From a virus, in IMG/VR virus record IMGVR_UViG_3300045988_081423: a stretch of DNA of 64,000 nt. The stretch is one strand, 5' to 3'. Shown in pieces: positions 63,000 to 64,000 of the stretch. A program made the translations under genes and the position numbers. Under the pieces are notes generated by a model. It did no database searches. It was given only the letters and a program-made list of their open reading frames with translations, and was not told the origin of the DNA. Position 1 is the first letter of the stretch, and each line of letters begins with the position of its first letter.

Positions 63000-63668
63000 A
63001 TGATTTCACCTATTAAAATAAAAATCTGTGATAGAGATTATCACATGAATACTTCTTACGGAGAAAGAGAAGCAAGAGTAGAAACCGTAGACGGGGTTGT
63101 CGTAATAAAAAAGAAGGAAGACATCCTGCCAACAGATAGAATTATTTCTTACATTTCTAACGACTTTATTCAGCCTATTAAAATAAAGATAGTAGATTTA
63201 AATATTGTCTATACATTTTTGCTTGGAGCTGTTGCTAGAGTTGCGTTTTATTGCGGTGTACAAAAAACGTATTTGTTTATCCTAAGTTACGGGAAATTTG
63301 TTTCTAAATTGGCTTTCTTCTCAGAAACCGACAGAGCATTTTTTAAGTATTACATGCAGTCTGAAATTCCACTTTATAGCAAAATAGAATCTTACGACTC
63401 TTTTAGTAGATATACTGCTTCGATGAAGTCATCTAAAATAAAGGTAAGATTCTTGTCTAAAATGACAACTAGAGTTTCAGAGGGATATCTGCCATTAGAA
63501 AAAGTTGGTATCGGTATTCAAAAAATTGCTAACGTCATTATTACAAAGATTACTTATAAAAAGATAAAAGATATTACACAAAACACGCTCGAAGAAGATT
63601 TCTTCGGAGATAAAACCATAGACAATTTAATTGAAATAAGACAAGACACGAGAAGTGTAAAAGAATAA
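63000..63668 (+). CDS. hypothetical protein
   Basis: 222-aa ORF with a GAGGTGA RBS. Confidence 0.5.
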   Translation: MISPIKIKICDRDYHMNTSYGEREARVETVDGVVVIKKKEDILPTDRIISYISNDFIQPIKIKIVDLNIVYTFLLGAVARVAFYCGVQKTYLFILSYGKFVSKLAFFSETDRAFFKYYMQSEIPLYSKIESYDSFSRYTASMKSSKIKVRFLSKMTTRVSEGYLPLEKVGIGIQKIANVIITKITYKKIKDITQNTLEEDFFGDKTIDNLIEIRQDTRSVKE

Positions 63669-63687
63669 TTTAAATAGAGGTGATAAA

Positions 63688-64000
63688 ATGCCTAAATCTA
63701 CGACAAATTTAAGTCTTTCTACATATGATTCTACTATAGACAAAGACAATCTGTCTAAGATGTGGTTTGATGAAACGTTTGGCTATAGTAATAGCAACAT
63801 GACTAAAATTGATGACGCATATGGAGAGCTAAAGGAGTCTGCTCCTACCAAGACAGGCGAGGGCGCTTCTGGTGATTGGAATATCAACATTACCGGTACT
63901 GCTCAAACAGCTATTCATGATGGTGTCGGTAACGACATTAATTCTACTTATGTAAAAGATATCGAAGCAAAAGACGGAACGCTTACAGTTAGAAAGGGTA
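63688..64000 (+). CDS. tail fibre-like protein, 5' part (runs off the window)
   Basis: ATG after AGAGGTGA. MPKSTTNLSLSTYDSTIDKDN ... GASGDWNINITGTAQTA resembles fibre N-termini. The frame is open to the window end. Confidence 0.5.
   Translation, partial: MPKSTTNLSLSTYDSTIDKDNLSKMWFDETFGYSNSNMTKIDDAYGELKESAPTKTGEGASGDWNINITGTAQTAIHDGVGNDINSTYVKDIEAKDGTLTVRKG

Noticed and set aside
1-64000. Prophage-host junctions or host genes within the window
   Set aside because: Every gene with an assignable function is phage-like or mobile-element-like. No att-type junction or housekeeping gene was seen, so prophage versus virion DNA cannot be decided from this window.

Overview
The whole 64-kb window reads as the interior of a large tailed phage or prophage from a low-GC Gram-positive, probably clostridial, host. 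It is AT-rich, has AGGAGG-type ribosome-binding sites and sigma-A-like promoters, and shows no host housekeeping genes. Layout: (1) 183-8299, a leftward early operon with anaerobic ribonucleotide reductase NrdD/NrdG, a Panacea-domain protein, a ferredoxin:thioredoxin-reductase-like CxC protein and a PAPS-reductase-like PP-loop enzyme. (2) 8300-8970, a divergent control region with three near-consensus promoters, each preceded by a tandem heptamer pair, around a nearly pure A/T tract. (3) 8971-20300, rightward genes: a two-barrel (YonO/RdRP-like) single-subunit RNA polymerase whose DFDGD catalytic motif is split by a group I intron, a ClpP-family protease, an HU-like protein, a tRNA-Met(CAT), and a cluster of Gly/Cys/Gln-rich proteins, one of them intron-split. 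(4) 20300-25650, an accessory region with a 71-bp perfect direct repeat, an Agr-type quorum-sensing cassette (AgrD-like peptide plus AgrB), and an IscB (OMEGA) RNA-guided nuclease with a structured upstream candidate omega-RNA. (5) 25647-28700, a tail-fibre gene whose 3' part and downstream small ORF are conspicuously GC-rich (mosaic). (6) 28888-64000, packaging and morphogenesis: intron-split terL, portal, protease/scaffold, capsid, neck, tail tube, fibre, holin, a RecU plus tyrosine-recombinase island, an intron-split tape measure of about 2050 aa, and Dit/Tal/baseplate/fibre genes. In total four apparent self-splicing introns interrupt rnap, a Gly-rich gene, terL and tmp; three carry HNH homing endonucleases. 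A 9-mer, TGTTAAATT, recurs in sense orientation in at least ten intergenic regions. All calls come from reading the sequence and ORF translations by eye; no database search or folding program was run.
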